A stretch of DNA of 62,562 nucleotides, counting the filler, from Globobulimina sp. (Eukaryota): the NCBI GenBank assembly GCA_003354225.1. It is 26 parts of 26 records of this genome, joined end to end, with 100 filler letters (N's around TTAATTAATTAA, not from the genome) between each part and the next. Parts side by side here need not be neighbours in the genome. Positions count along the whole stretch, not along the records: positions 45,809 to 48,117 come from PIVH01007479.1; positions 48,218 to 50,525 come from PIVH01007480.1; positions 50,626 to 52,933 come from PIVH01007481.1; positions 53,034 to 55,341 come from PIVH01007482.1; positions 55,442 to 57,748 come from PIVH01007483.1; positions 57,849 to 60,155 come from PIVH01007484.1; 20 more parts are not named here. One strand, 5' to 3'. The number at the start of each line of letters is the position of its first letter. Positions within the stretch are counted from its first letter, which is position 1. Shown piece after piece: positions 46,120 to 58,247 of this stretch. Both the position numbers and the translations under genes were made by a program. The notes under the pieces were generated by a model, which was not told the origin of the DNA, ran no database searches, and saw only the letters and a list, made by a program, of their open reading frames with translations.

Positions 46120-48117
46120 ATTGCACATATTCAGTTTATTTGGAACAGAAACAATACGACAAATTGACCACAATGTTTGAAGCTTTGTACAATCATAATT
46201 TACCTCTCATTGTGACGGCTATCGACGAATATCATCTCGGTCAAGAACAAGAATTGAATGATATCGAAGAAAAAGAGCAAGTACAAAATGAAGAAAAAAG
46301 CAAACACGTTGAATGTGAATGTAGTTCAATATCTAAATGCCAATCTATTCAAAGAATGAATGAAATGTTGACTGTTTATATCAAATATGTCGGAGAAGAA
46401 CCATTGAAAACAACGTTTCTTAATTTATTTCATTCCCAATCTTATTCCATCCACAAATTACTCAATCATTATATTCATATTTTGCAGCACCATCAAAATG
46501 AAAATGCAGATTATGAGCAGGTATTTGCCAAATGTTGCGAGAAACGGTGCAATGCGCAGAAAAAACTATTTTCTCCGCAAAAACTATACAAAGAAAAGAA
46601 TAAAGAGTGGCTGAGAAAGGTTGAAAATAGCAACTTATCGCAATCTGAAATTGTGATCATTGAATATTTGAATTTGTTCCATACTCTGTTTCAACATCAA
46701 AGTGTGAATCAACTGCAATCCGCACAATTGCAATCTGATCATAATTTATTCAATAAGTTTGGAACAGTGATTGATTTAAAAGATAATAATGATTGCAAAC
46801 AGCAGTTGGACGAAACCCGGGCTGTCGGATCTTATTCATTTGGGATAAATTTTGTTTTAATATTGGAAAGGGTGTGAGCATCGACAAAACTTCGTTTCCG
46901 CCAAATACCAATCATTGAAAGAAGAAATGCTGTCAAATAAATACTGTTGCCTCAAACTGCAACAATTCCATTTAACCCACAAAAAAGCTGTAATGCTGAG
47001 ACAAAGCAACAACGGCAAATCTATTAATTGCAGAGTGCGATTTGCCGAAATTGGAATGCCGCTGAATCTGTGCATCACAATTTCACATTTAATGACCTTA
47101 CTGTTTTATTGTAATTATTATGCCGTTCAGGGAAAGTTTAAAAAATTTGGAACGCGAAAGTTAACTGAAAAAGAAGATTGGTTAAAAGATGTAATGCCTC
47201 GCCATGCGGAGATGGCGAATTATTTTAAATTATTGACTGAGACAGTTTTGTGTTTTGGTGAGGAAGTTTGTGAGAATGCCATTTTGTATCACGGCATATC
47301 TGTTCCGCTGCTCTTTGAGGAATATACCCCTTCATTCAAGGCACCATTTAGTACCACCAGCTCATTGAAGATCGCTCAGGAATTCGCGACCAGAAACGGT
47401 ATAATTCTTGGATTGATTCCATTGTTGATGGCTGGCGATCGAATGTATAATGTGGAATGGCTGAGTGCTTATCCTGAGCAGAAAGAGAGGCTGTTTTCGA
47501 AAGCAGATGCATTGAATATCGCGGACATTCGAGTTGCGCCCAATATTGTGACCATGAACAATGCGCTGGATATGAAGGCTTTGAGTTTGTTTGATAATAT
47601 GTTGAATCTTGGATTTTATTTTATTATTAATGTCCGCAAACAAAGGAAGAAAACACAAAACCGCTTGATACAGTTTTTAGATCAATATGAAAAGCTTAAA
47701 AAGAGCACAATTGCTATTCCAAAATATATGTTCGATTTATTTTGTGCGTTGATTGAGAAGAAAAAACGTATTAAATTTGATACGTTGTATTTGGTTCAAT
47801 CTGATTTTGAATGTTTACAGAAGCAATTCCAGAGTCGGATGAATGGATTTGTATTGCGAATATTTGAAGAAAATCATAAAATGTCAAGGGAATTTATGCA
47901 AGAATATATATGGCAGATTGAGGGAGGCACTATGATTTTATTCAAAGCCTCTCCGATCAACTTTGAGTTTGCTGGAGCTATGCAACATTATTTTGGTAAA
48001 AGTGGCGGTGTCATTCCGTTTGCGCCTGTTATGAAACGATGTTGTTTGGGACATCTGAAAACAACTTTTTTTGGAATACAAGTTATGAGATTACCACCGG
48101 TTTTGCAACAGAAAGGA
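46120..48117 (+). CDS. ADP-ribosyltransferase-like protein (toxin/ARTC fold) with internal frameshift at 46857-46860
   Basis: LYHGI..KAPFSTTSSLKIAQEFA..GIIL..WLSAYPEQKERLF. ORFs 46140-46877 and 46861-48117 are colinear with the 21712-24022 paralog. Confidence 0.72.
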
Positions 48118-48217
48118 NNNNNNNNNNNNNNNNNNNNNNNNNNNNNNNNNNNNNNNNNNNNTTAATTAATTAANNNNNNNNNNNNNNNNNNNNNNNNNNN
48201 NNNNNNNNNNNNNNNNN

Positions 48218-48560
48218 GAAATTATTTAGATGGGAAAAAGGAATAATTGAAATAAATGATAGCAATGAAAAAGTAAAAAAGCAAATTGAGCTATTACTTA
48301 AAGGTATAGTTTCAATTTGTTTTTTACAGGAAGATAAATATGGCAATTTTTATATACAAACAGAACGTTTGGACACCAACATTGTACTTGAAGTACACAA
48401 ATTTGATTCAGAAGGAAATTTGTTATGCACTGTTTTAATTCCTGAAAACGATTACAATATTTGGTCAGCTAAGCTGCTTTCGATTGATGAGAATGGAAAT
48501 ATTTATCAGTTTTTACCATCTAAAAATAGAGGTCAATTAAATATTTTCCAACAAGAATAA
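48218..48560 (+). CDS. Bacterial beta-propeller-like protein, 3' fragment
   Basis: EDKYGNFYIQ..VHKFDSEGNLL..IDENGNIYQ repeats; ends 18 nt before the next gene. Confidence 0.65.
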
Positions 48561-48578
48561 ATACTCAGAAGGCTTAGA

Positions 48579-50525
48579 ATGAAATCAATATGTCATATTC
48601 TGTTGACTGTATTAATAATTATCTTAATTGAATCTATTTCTTTTGCTTGGACTGGAGAAACATGGAATCCTATTGATAGAGAGACTATTGCCAGTTTAGC
48701 AGATTCTATGATAGAATGTTCTTGGTCACCTAAAAATAATATTAGCAACTTTGGCTATTCTGATGATGTTGCGGCACAAAATATATACTATAGTTTTAAT
48801 GCTGGTACAACTTATTCTGGAGTTGCATATTCACAAAATAATCCACAAGAAAATTTATCTGAATTCTTAAATTTAATTAATAATACTTCTGGGGGTACTA
48901 CATATTATGGTAATGACTGTTCAGGTTTTGTAAGTATTTGCTGGAAATTGCCTTCAAGATATACCACCTCTTCATTTGAATCACAATTGGGTGGCAATTA
49001 TTTTTTTTCTCTTGGTAATATCGGCTCTGGATCGAGTGTTACCCTTTATCAAGGAGATGCTTTTAATAAAAGCGGGGATCATATAATTCTTTTTGATCGT
49101 TATGTAGCATCAGGTTTAGAGTCAATGGAACAAACTCCAACTACAGCCCAGCGAAAAACATGGAGTTGGAGTCAATTAAGTTCATACAGACCGATTAGGA
49201 GAAAGTCACTATATGATGCTGACTTTAACTCACAAAATCCAGTTGGCGATTTATCATTTCCAGCCGGATCAACACAGTCATTTATACTTTCCTATTTAAA
49301 TACAGGATTTGATGACTGGAAGGACACAGGTGGAGTAACTGACCCTCAATATATTGAGTTAAGATCAGTAAACAGTGAAGGAACTTCCGAGGTTAATAGT
49401 GGCTTATATCCCGGATCAGGGGCAGCACCTTTGTGGATAAACAGCCAGCGTGTCGTCAGTCCAAATGCAGCAAATGTTGGCCCAGGACAAAATGCTTGGT
49501 TTATTTTCACAGCAGAAATGCCTTCAACTCCTGGGGATTATTATTTTTATTTCAGGCCTTATCATGCAGCATTAGGATTCATCGGACCTGTTCGTTATTT
49601 TCATATCACTGTTGATTCAACTGGTTCAACCACAACTTACAACTCAAGTTCTACCACAACAGCTTCATCAAATTCGAGTACAACCACATATCAATCTACC
49701 ACAACATACAGATCCAGCTCAACTACTACCACTGCTCAATTATATTCCAGCACAACCACGTATCGATCCAGTTCCACAACATCTCAGGATAATACGACTA
49801 CCTATCAATCAAGCACAACAACAATAGTATCAGATTCCAGTACAACAACGTATTTACCCAGTTCAACGACCACAACCGGATTTTCAGATTATTATTACTG
49901 GGATTTTGATTTAGAAGGCGAAGAAGGCTGGACTCCAAGAAATGCTGAAAGCGAAGGGGTTTATGCCAATGAATACTGGCAAATAAATCCTTATTATGAC
50001 TCGGCAAGTGAGAGCGGAATAGTAAGTCCGGTATTAAATGTTATTCATACGGATGATTATAATTAGATTGAAATCGGATTTGGAATTAATAATGATTTTC
50101 TACCAGATGTCACAGCACATTTTAAAATCGGTGATGTCTGGCAGGTTCCTGTTACAATTAGCTATGCTTCCGGGTCACAGACCCCCGGGTCTCAAAATGT
50201 ATATATTGATTACGTTGAATTTATAAATGAATCGCCCTCATCCTCTACGACCACTTATCAATCCAGTTCCACAACAACGTACACGGGCACAAATCAATCA
50301 AGTTCAACAACTACGTATGGATCTACAACGACCTATGGCTCAACGACAACATATGGAAGCACAACAACGGTATCACCAGTTAGCACCACAACCTATCAAT
50401 CAAGCTCGACTACGACAATTATTGATTATTCAATTGCAGATTTTAACACTGATGGTATTGTGAACGATCTTGATCTTGATTTGCTTGGAGACCATTGGAT
50501 GCTTACTGAAGATGATCCTGGCTGG
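48579..50525 (+). CDS. Bacterial secreted protein: NlpC/P60-like + Ig-like + Ser/Thr linkers + dockerin-like; in-frame TAG at 50064-50066
   Basis: Signal peptide; GNDCSGFVSICW and GDHIILF (Cys/His); Ig-like LNTGFDDW..VGPGQNAWFIF. After the TAG the same frame continues 153 codons with more SSTTTY repeats and ADFNTDGIVNDLDL. Confidence 0.8.
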
Positions 50526-50668
50526 NNNNNNNNNNNNNNNNNNNNNNNNNNNNNNNNNNNNNNNNNNNNTTAATTAATTAANNNNNNNNNNNNNNNNNNN
50601 NNNNNNNNNNNNNNNNNNNNNNNNNGACTGTGTTTACAATAATGAATGGTCAAAATACATTGAAAATA

Positions 50669-52690
50669 TTACTCAGTTTTTTCATTTTTATTAACATCAT
50701 TTTCATTTTGAGCCGTATCATCCTCATTTGCTTTGTCATTGTCTTCAATATTTCCAATCAAATTTTCTTCCTTTTTCTGTTTAATATAATCAGTTTCTGA
50801 TCTTTTATTAAAAGATAATGTTTTTGTTTTTTTTGTGTTTGTTGTTGTTTCGTCAGCATTGTTATCATTATTTTGTTGCAACTGTCTTTGTTGTTGTTTT
50901 CTTGCTTTTCTTTGATGCATTTTTTTTTTAATTTTGGTTTTTGCTTTTTTTGCTTTATTCACTCCAGATTTCACGCCACTTTTTGCTTTATTCATTCCTG
51001 ATGATATTTTGTTAAACATTTTTTTGCCTTTGTTTGGTTTTGTATTTGTATTTATATTTATATTGACATCATCATCCTCATCCTCATCGATATGGGGCGG
51101 CGTCGGCGGCGGCATATCAATATCATTAATTATTTTGTTACTCACATATTGCCAGACGGTCATTGGAGTGTTAAATGTGCCGCCAAGACATGCCGGCACT
51201 TGCGAGCCATCCACGTACTTCCACAATGAGCCGACATTTGGCGTAGATTTGACGGAAATAATGCGTTGTGATAATTTTTTAGTTAATATTAATTTGGCGA
51301 ATTGAATGCCGGCACGTATAATAATGGGCGCGTCCACAATGATAAATTGTTTGATTCGCATCGGATAACAGTCTTGAAAGGATTTTATAAAAACCTTCTC
51401 CAAATCCACGCATATCTTCATACTCTCCTTTGTTAATCCATTCATATCGAACAATATTACAATACCTTGCCGACAAATATTGATATCCGACGATATTGAA
51501 TCGATCCAAACCATCAATGACTTGATAATAATGGCTATGGTATAGGAGGAATACGAAAACTTATTTATGCGAAAGCCGATAATTGCATTACAACTTAAAT
51601 CATCACCGCATAATATATAACATTCTTTATTTAATTCATTCCGTATCTGTGGCAATGATATCTCATTTAATTTATACTCAGTTTCTAACTTTTTTAAGTT
51701 TAAAAAGCGTCGCTCGGCCACACCAATTCGTAATTTACATCCAATTACAAAACGAACCAATTCGGAATATAGAATATTCTCATAATTGTAACGAGAGGAC
51801 AATAAATTGCCAAAGTTTTCAATCTTTTCTCTTTCTTCAAATGTTAAATCTAATTTATTATTGTCGTCGTCTCCAATATATTTTAATATTAATTCTCTGT
51901 CTTTTTCCTTTTCTTTCAATTCCAATTCTTTTTCTTCTTCTTTTTCTTCTTTATTATTATCATTATTATCATTATTTGAATATATATAAACGCCGTATAT
52001 ACCACTTGAAAATGAACAATTATACCATTTATGTACACGTTGTTGTTGATTATCATTATTATTATTATTTAATTCATTATTTTCTCTCAATTCACACAAA
52101 CGTTTAAATATAATTTGCGATGAACGTTGTAATAATAATAATTTTGATGCATTTTTATGTCGAACAAAATTTGGACTAAAACATATCGCTAAACTTTGAA
52201 TTGTCATTTTATTGGTTTTTGTATATTTTGGTAATGTAATTTGAATACAAACGTCAATGATCCATAACATGATGGATTTTAATGGCTGGCTGATATTATT
52301 AAATTCATTTTTTATTTCGTTATCTTTGCGGGATTCTAATAATTTGTGATGAAAAAAGCCAGGTTCAATGATTTGATATTCGCGAAAAAATGCTTTAACT
52401 AATTGGCCAACAATAAAACAATTACAATCGATTTGATACAACGAATATCCCATATCCATTTTAGACATTGCATCTAAGAATGTTTGTTCTTTGCCATTTT
52501 TGCGGAATATTCCTTCCATTTCATATCCACCATTAAATCTCAAGTAACAGTCCAGAATGGTCAGTACAACGGGTATTTCCGATTCATATTTGGGCAGCAA
52601 TGCTAAATCCAAGCGAGAGTATGGTACACCAAACATTTTTTGAGTTAGTATTTCATTTCTTTTCTTTTTTTCACCCAGTCCAAAAGCCAG
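50669..52690 (-). CDS. RhoGAP + CRAL-TRIO (Sec14) fusion protein
   Basis: FGVP..IPVVL..EGIFRKNG..NKMTIQSLAICFSPNF (RhoGAP with Arg finger); GIVILFDMNG..FQDCYPMRIKQFIIVDAP..VPACLGGT (CRAL-TRIO). Confidence 0.9.
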   Translation of the reverse strand: MAFGLGEKKKRNEILTQKMFGVPYSRLDLALLPKYESEIPVVLTILDCYLRFNGGYEMEGIFRKNGKEQTFLDAMSKMDMGYSLYQIDCNCFIVGQLVKAFFREYQIIEPGFFHHKLLESRKDNEIKNEFNNISQPLKSIMLWIIDVCIQITLPKYTKTNKMTIQSLAICFSPNFVRHKNASKLLLLQRSSQIIFKRLCELRENNELNNNNNDNQQQRVHKWYNCSFSSGIYGVYIYSNNDNNDNNKEEKEEEKELELKEKEKDRELILKYIGDDDNNKLDLTFEEREKIENFGNLLSSRYNYENILYSELVRFVIGCKLRIGVAERRFLNLKKLETEYKLNEISLPQIRNELNKECYILCGDDLSCNAIIGFRINKFSYSSYTIAIIIKSLMVWIDSISSDINICRQGIVILFDMNGLTKESMKICVDLEKVFIKSFQDCYPMRIKQFIIVDAPIIIRAGIQFAKLILTKKLSQRIISVKSTPNVGSLWKYVDGSQVPACLGGTFNTPMTVWQYVSNKIINDIDMPPPTPPHIDEDEDDDVNININTNTKPNKGKKMFNKISSGMNKAKSGVKSGVNKAKKAKTKIKKKMHQRKARKQQQRQLQQNNDNNADETTTNTKKTKTLSFNKRSETDYIKQKKEENLIGNIEDNDKANEDDTAQNENDVNKNEKTE

Positions 52691-53286
52691 CTAGTAACTG
52701 AACGACACCCACACAAACTATATACAGTAACAAAATACAAAGGATATATTAAATAAATGGTGGACCTGTCAAGGGATAATATATTTATTCTTTGATAATA
52801 TAACAGCTATATACTGTATAACAGCTATAACTATTTGGAGAGCAGAGGGGTGTGACCGGTGGGTATTGGACCCTTCATAGTTATGGGTTAGATCCAATAG
52901 GCATTTTTGCTTTATCGTAAAAACTGGTTTTTTNNNNNNNNNNNNNNNNNNNNNNNNNNNNNNNNNNNNNNNNNNNNTTAATTAATTAANNNNNNNNNNN
53001 NNNNNNNNNNNNNNNNNNNNNNNNNNNNNNNNNAATGGCATCCCGACAATGTACATCTGAAGAAAGTCCATGTGAACCTCGAAAAACAACGACACTCCAA
53101 CTTGGCAAAGAAATCAATGCATCCATCCGATAGCGTTTTTGTATATGACGATAATATGGAAAACAACACACATTCAGAAAGCAGTGAGCTCGAAGCTTTG
53201 CTACGATGTTTCGCAGAGCACGCATAACGATAATTTGTCACCTTTTTTTGTAATAAAAAAACTTTGTTTGGACTGACTAACAAAAG

Positions 53287-54243
53287 ATGGGCGCATTGTG
53301 TTCTTGTTGTAAACATCATGCAACTGTAACTTCCATAAATACCTCCAACGAAGATAATGAACGTCAGGCAATGTTGAATGGGTCGGCAGATTTGGCAGAG
53401 TCTGTGCCAAAAATAAAAGCAATCTCAATTGTTGCTAATGACTCCTCTCCGTTAACAGCAACATACGGCGCCACTTCCTATACGCCATTAAAAGACAAGA
53501 CCGGCACTAACAAAAAATTAAACGAAGTGTATGAATTTGGCGCTGTTGATGATGAAAAAAAATTGAATCAACTGATTGAACATGATACGGATAGAAAGAT
53601 TCAAGAACAAGTTGGCGAACATAAAGAAGCAGAGCAACATATATTAATATCATCGACAAATTTAGTGATTGCCAATGCTGGCTATGATTGCATAAATGGT
53701 GATTATCGATGGTTTGTGCACAGCTCAAAATGGTGCTTATTTGGCGAGAACAGTATGGTCTACGCAATGGACAAAGATGTCGATGTGAAACAAGTCTATG
53801 CACAGTTAACACGGCTACAATCTGCCGAAGCTAATTTCCGATGGAATGCAGATATCACAAAATGTTGGATTATCTCTAATATGGATGGCAGTGCCATTTA
53901 TTACGCTGCGCCGCAGACAGAGGAATATGAGAAATATATACCAAACAATAGAAATGAATGGATTTCTGTGCATGGCTCATTGCCGTCGCCTGAGATTTAT
54001 ATGAATTTGATTGCGAGCTCAGGCCCACCGGATAAAAATGAAAAGTTTGGCAATGTTGGAGTTGGCCCATCGTCGTCGGGCTCCATCTCACAAAAATCGG
54101 CGACAAGTTGTGCGTTGCCGGGGATTACGGAGTCAAATCATAAAATTGAACATGAATTGGAGGAGAATAAGAAGAATGATGAAAAGGTTAAGGAGGAGGA
54201 GGAGAATGATGAGGAGGATGAGTCGCTGTCGGATTTGGATTGA
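53287..54243 (+). CDS. Hypothetical protein with predicted N-myristoylation/palmitoylation motif
   Basis: Starts MGALCSCCK; 318-aa complete ORF; acidic tail. Confidence 0.75.
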   Translation: MGALCSCCKHHATVTSINTSNEDNERQAMLNGSADLAESVPKIKAISIVANDSSPLTATYGATSYTPLKDKTGTNKKLNEVYEFGAVDDEKKLNQLIEHDTDRKIQEQVGEHKEAEQHILISSTNLVIANAGYDCINGDYRWFVHSSKWCLFGENSMVYAMDKDVDVKQVYAQLTRLQSAEANFRWNADITKCWIISNMDGSAIYYAAPQTEEYEKYIPNNRNEWISVHGSLPSPEIYMNLIASSGPPDKNEKFGNVGVGPSSSGSISQKSATSCALPGITESNHKIEHELEENKKNDEKVKEEEENDEEDESLSDLD

Positions 54244-54552
54244 CATTTAACTTTTTTGTATTTGTTTTTTTTATTTTGTGACATTGCAAGTTTAGATAGT
54301 AATTCTCAAATGTAATACATTATGTAGCTGACTGGCTTTAGGGCCCATTGTTAAAATGTTTTTTTTGAATGTTTCTTGATCTTTAACTAAACAAATTCTT
54401 CCACTTCCTAACTAACTAAAAACCACAGAGACCATTGAATTGACGCAAAAGAAATTGCATATTAATCGACATAGAAGTAACGCATTATTAGTATTCGTAT
54501 TTATCGATAAGGAAAATGACAATTTTATTCATTGCTTTAGCATTATTATACA

Positions 54553-54963
54553 ATATATTTACATTAAATGGCAATCCGTCATTCCAATCCAACCCAACAG
54601 TGACAAATTCAATGCAATCTGAAGACAAACGTATGGCAGAATTTGGGACAAATGCAGCGTCCATTGGTAGTCGTCAACAATTTGAAAATGCTTATGATTT
54701 ATGTGCGCAATTGCGAGATGATAATGGAGATACAGAGAGTTGCGGTGCAATGTTTAGTTATATAATATATGGACATTATAGATAATATATTTTCTATTCA
54801 TAAATATATGCGTATACATAGCTGTTGTTTAGGGGGAAACGATATATTTATAGTAAACGCCAATCACTCGTTCCAATCCAACCCAACAGCGACAAATCCA
54901 ATGCAATCTGAACAAAAATGTATGGAAGAATTTGGGACAAATGCAGCGTCCATTGGTAGTCGT
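54553..54963 (+). repeat. About 120-bp diverged direct duplication in a lectin-like hypothetical gene
   Basis: 54553-54674 and 54842-54963 both encode FQSNPTxTNxMQSExKxMxEFGTNAASIGSR. Confidence 0.85.
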
Positions 54964-55801
54964 GAAAAATTGATCAGTGTCATTGTATATGCCGCAATCG
55001 CGCAGTTAGCCGATACATTAATATTTCCACGCAATTCATCATATTATAGTGCGTATTCGGTGGCGAATGATTTTAGTGCATCATCTGCGATGTACTCGCC
55101 ATATATCAATGAGACTGCGCATGATTTATATGATGATAAAGTGAGCGATATTGAATTACAAGAAATGTATTTAGATTTGAACCAAAATAAAGACGAATAT
55201 TATAATGTTGGTTATCATGATACAGATTCATCGCAAACACGTAATATCGATGAAGGGGAGGGTGATCCTCACATTTTATTGAATAATTTTGAAATAAGCG
55301 GTGCAAAGCAGTTTAATATAAAAAACAGACTTGCATAAAAANNNNNNNNNNNNNNNNNNNNNNNNNNNNNNNNNNNNNNNNNNNNTTAATTAATTAANNN
55401 NNNNNNNNNNNNNNNNNNNNNNNNNNNNNNNNNNNNNNNNNTCAAAATTACAAATACCAAATGGATATCCTGTCTGTTACAAATTTGATAAAAATGGTGC
55501 TATTCTCATTGTAGATAATATTGAATGGATCGCAAAGCAACAAAAAGTCATTCAAATTACTAAAATACACGGTAGATTTCTGGGTGATTTAGATTCGTTG
55601 AAAATTGCACAAAATAAAGTCAAGAATCAGATTGATAAATAATACAAGTATAAGTAACTTGAGCCGAGCGTCCCAAAATTGCCAGGTTACGCACAATATA
55701 TCGTGAGTGTGATGTTTATTCGTTAAAAACCAGTGTATCTTAAATTTTTGTTGAACTATTTAAAAACTTTCAAAGTGAAAAAACTCTGCTAATTTTGGAG
55801 C

Positions 55802-57748
55802 ATGGCTACTAGCCACAAATGTGCTAATAACTGGACACATAACACTCGTAGACCCAAATGTGATTTTTGTGAAGAAATGTTTCAAAATCGCAACGCAGTT
55901 AAAGTTCATGAACAATCGCATGACTTCTTTTCATGTATTCATTGTATGGAATTGTTAAAACTAAAACAGTTAAAACAATATAAACTACCCAAACCATATG
56001 ATTCCAACACCAATGATGCCTTAACATGCACACCGCGATTGATTACAAGTATTATTCCATCGAAGGATACCTCCGTACTCTCTGGATATTTACCACACAT
56101 TCCACCAAATGACAACAAATGTAACAATGACAATGATGCATCATCAAATGGTTCAAATCGTAATCCTAGAAAAAGAAAACACAATGACTTACAATTAATA
56201 AAAAACGATACTCATACCATGGCCATCCAACAGCCAAATAATAAGAAACAACGCGTCTCGGCACTCGATATTCTCGACTTAGTATCGGATGACAATGATT
56301 CCTCATTATCTCAATCTAATGCAGATTTAACACCATCTAAAAATGATAACAACAACGATGAAGATGATGGAGATGATGGAGATGATGACAGTGACAGCGA
56401 CAGCGACGAAGACAGTGACAGCGACGAAGACAGTGACGATGACAGTGATGACAGTGACACTGCATATGCAGATTTGGAGGATATTGATCTAATTAAAATC
56501 AATAAATCAAAAGCTGAAAACGATCAAGATACAGAATCTGAGGATATTGAGGTTCTAACTCCTCCCAAATGCAAAAGCAAAAAACATGTTGTTATTTTAA
56601 ACGATGATGTTATGGATTGGCAGAGTTTAGATTTTCAAAATCGAAATGAAGACAGTTTTCGACATACATGCTATGTCAATGCAGATAAAAAGGTGTTATC
56701 TGCGTTGTTGAACAAGAAATTGGAGCAACAAATATTGAGAGATATAGCAGATAGTCGGCCAAATAAAACCGAATTAAAATTGAAGCAATATTTGATGGAG
56801 TTTATCATTCATAAAACTAGGGATTTAATGAGAAAAAACCGGTATTATACAGATAAGGATCGCGACAGCGATTATTCACAATTTGTGCATTTATACGGTT
56901 CCATTGCTGCACAAACGGATTCTGCGCAGTGCGATGTTGATATTGCGGTGGATACACAAAACAGAATGGAATCTAAACAATTTCTGCGTCAGTTAGCCAA
57001 TTTATTGCAGCGACACACCATTAAACAAGGCAAAAAATTCAAAATTGAACGCATATTCAAAGCGACAGTGCCCATCGTTAAAATACGCGATCCATTGTAC
57101 GACATTGAGGCAGATATTTCAATTTATAAATCGCAGGACGCCACTTGTAAATATATCAATTCGTTGCTGAATTATAACAATGATCAACGAATCCGGCAGT
57201 TAATCATTGCTATCAAGCATTGGACGAAGAAACGAAACATAAATTGTACCATGACTGGCAAAATTAATTCATTTGGATTTACTATTTTGGTGTTAAAATA
57301 CCTGCAAATGATAAAGAACCCACTTATACCGATTATGGACTATAAACGGTATGATATGTCGGACAGAGAGAGAGCGCAAATTATATCGTCGGAGTCGTAT
57401 AAGAATAAATGTAAAAGCGATCCAATGTATAAATATTACTCATCCTCGCTCGGATATCACTCGATGCACATTTATAGCAGGAATTATGTGAAGAAACGGC
57501 ATGTAAATAATATGGGTTTGCATGAGTTATTGTATGGCTTCTTTGAGTTTTATGGCCATTTTAATTATGAGGAGTTGGAGGTGTCGCTACATTCGCAATA
57601 TTTGCAAAGGAAACAAAGGTGTAATTATGCAGTGTCGCCGGATCAGTTAATGTTTGTCATTGAGGACCCGGTGGAGAGACACAATAATTGTGCTAAAAAT
57701 GTACGCTTTCATACGGCGCAATTATTGATCAATGAGTTTCGCAGAGCA
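55802..57748 (+). CDS. Cid1/TUTase-family non-canonical poly(A)/poly(U) polymerase with N-terminal zinc finger, 3' truncated
   Basis: CDFC..HEQSH zinc finger; acidic D/S tract; LYGS..DVDI, VPIVKI..ADIS, IKHWTKKRNIN..INSF, GFFEFY, IEDPVE..NNCAKNV. Confidence 0.92.
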
Positions 57749-57848
57749 NNNNNNNNNNNNNNNNNNNNNNNNNNNNNNNNNNNNNNNNNNNNTTAATTAA
57801 TTAANNNNNNNNNNNNNNNNNNNNNNNNNNNNNNNNNNNNNNNNNNNN

Positions 57849-58154
57849 TCTACAAAAAGACTGTATAAATATGCTGTAGCTGGATTGGCAGGATCTGGAA
57901 TCTCCGGACAAAGGAAAGGTTGGATTAAGCAACTTAAGCCGAAATATAGTCAGTATTTAAAAATAGAAAATGAGCAATTACTATTCAAAGCAGTTGAATG
58001 TCAATGGAAAAGATGCGATAAGACAAAAAATATGGTGTTGAAAACGCAATGGAAAAAATGTAAAAAATGTAAACTTGCTAGATACTGCAGTAGGAAATGT
58101 CAAAAATTGGATTGGAACAAAGGATTCCATCCGTTTATATGCCATCGACTTTAA
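57849..58154 (+). CDS. MYND zinc finger protein, C-terminal fragment
   Basis: CQWKRC..KKCKKCKLARYCSRKCQKLDWNKGFH..C. Confidence 0.88.
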   Translation, partial: STKRLYKYAVAGLAGSGISGQRKGWIKQLKPKYSQYLKIENEQLLFKAVECQWKRCDKTKNMVLKTQWKKCKKCKLARYCSRKCQKLDWNKGFHPFICHRL

Positions 58155-58247
58155 TACAGTTGATTTCATATTGATTAGCAAATCACAAATAACAAATGTC
58201 GTAACAATAATAAAAACTTCATACTAACTTACACATCGATCTCTTGC

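Noticed and set aside
49620-50420. Ser/Thr repeats as a diversity-generating or array element
   Set aside because: They are degenerate coding low-complexity linkers with no adenine-specific variation and no RT nearby.
56350-56460. GAC/AGT microsatellite-like tract
   Set aside because: Encodes the acidic Asp/Ser region of the TUTase.
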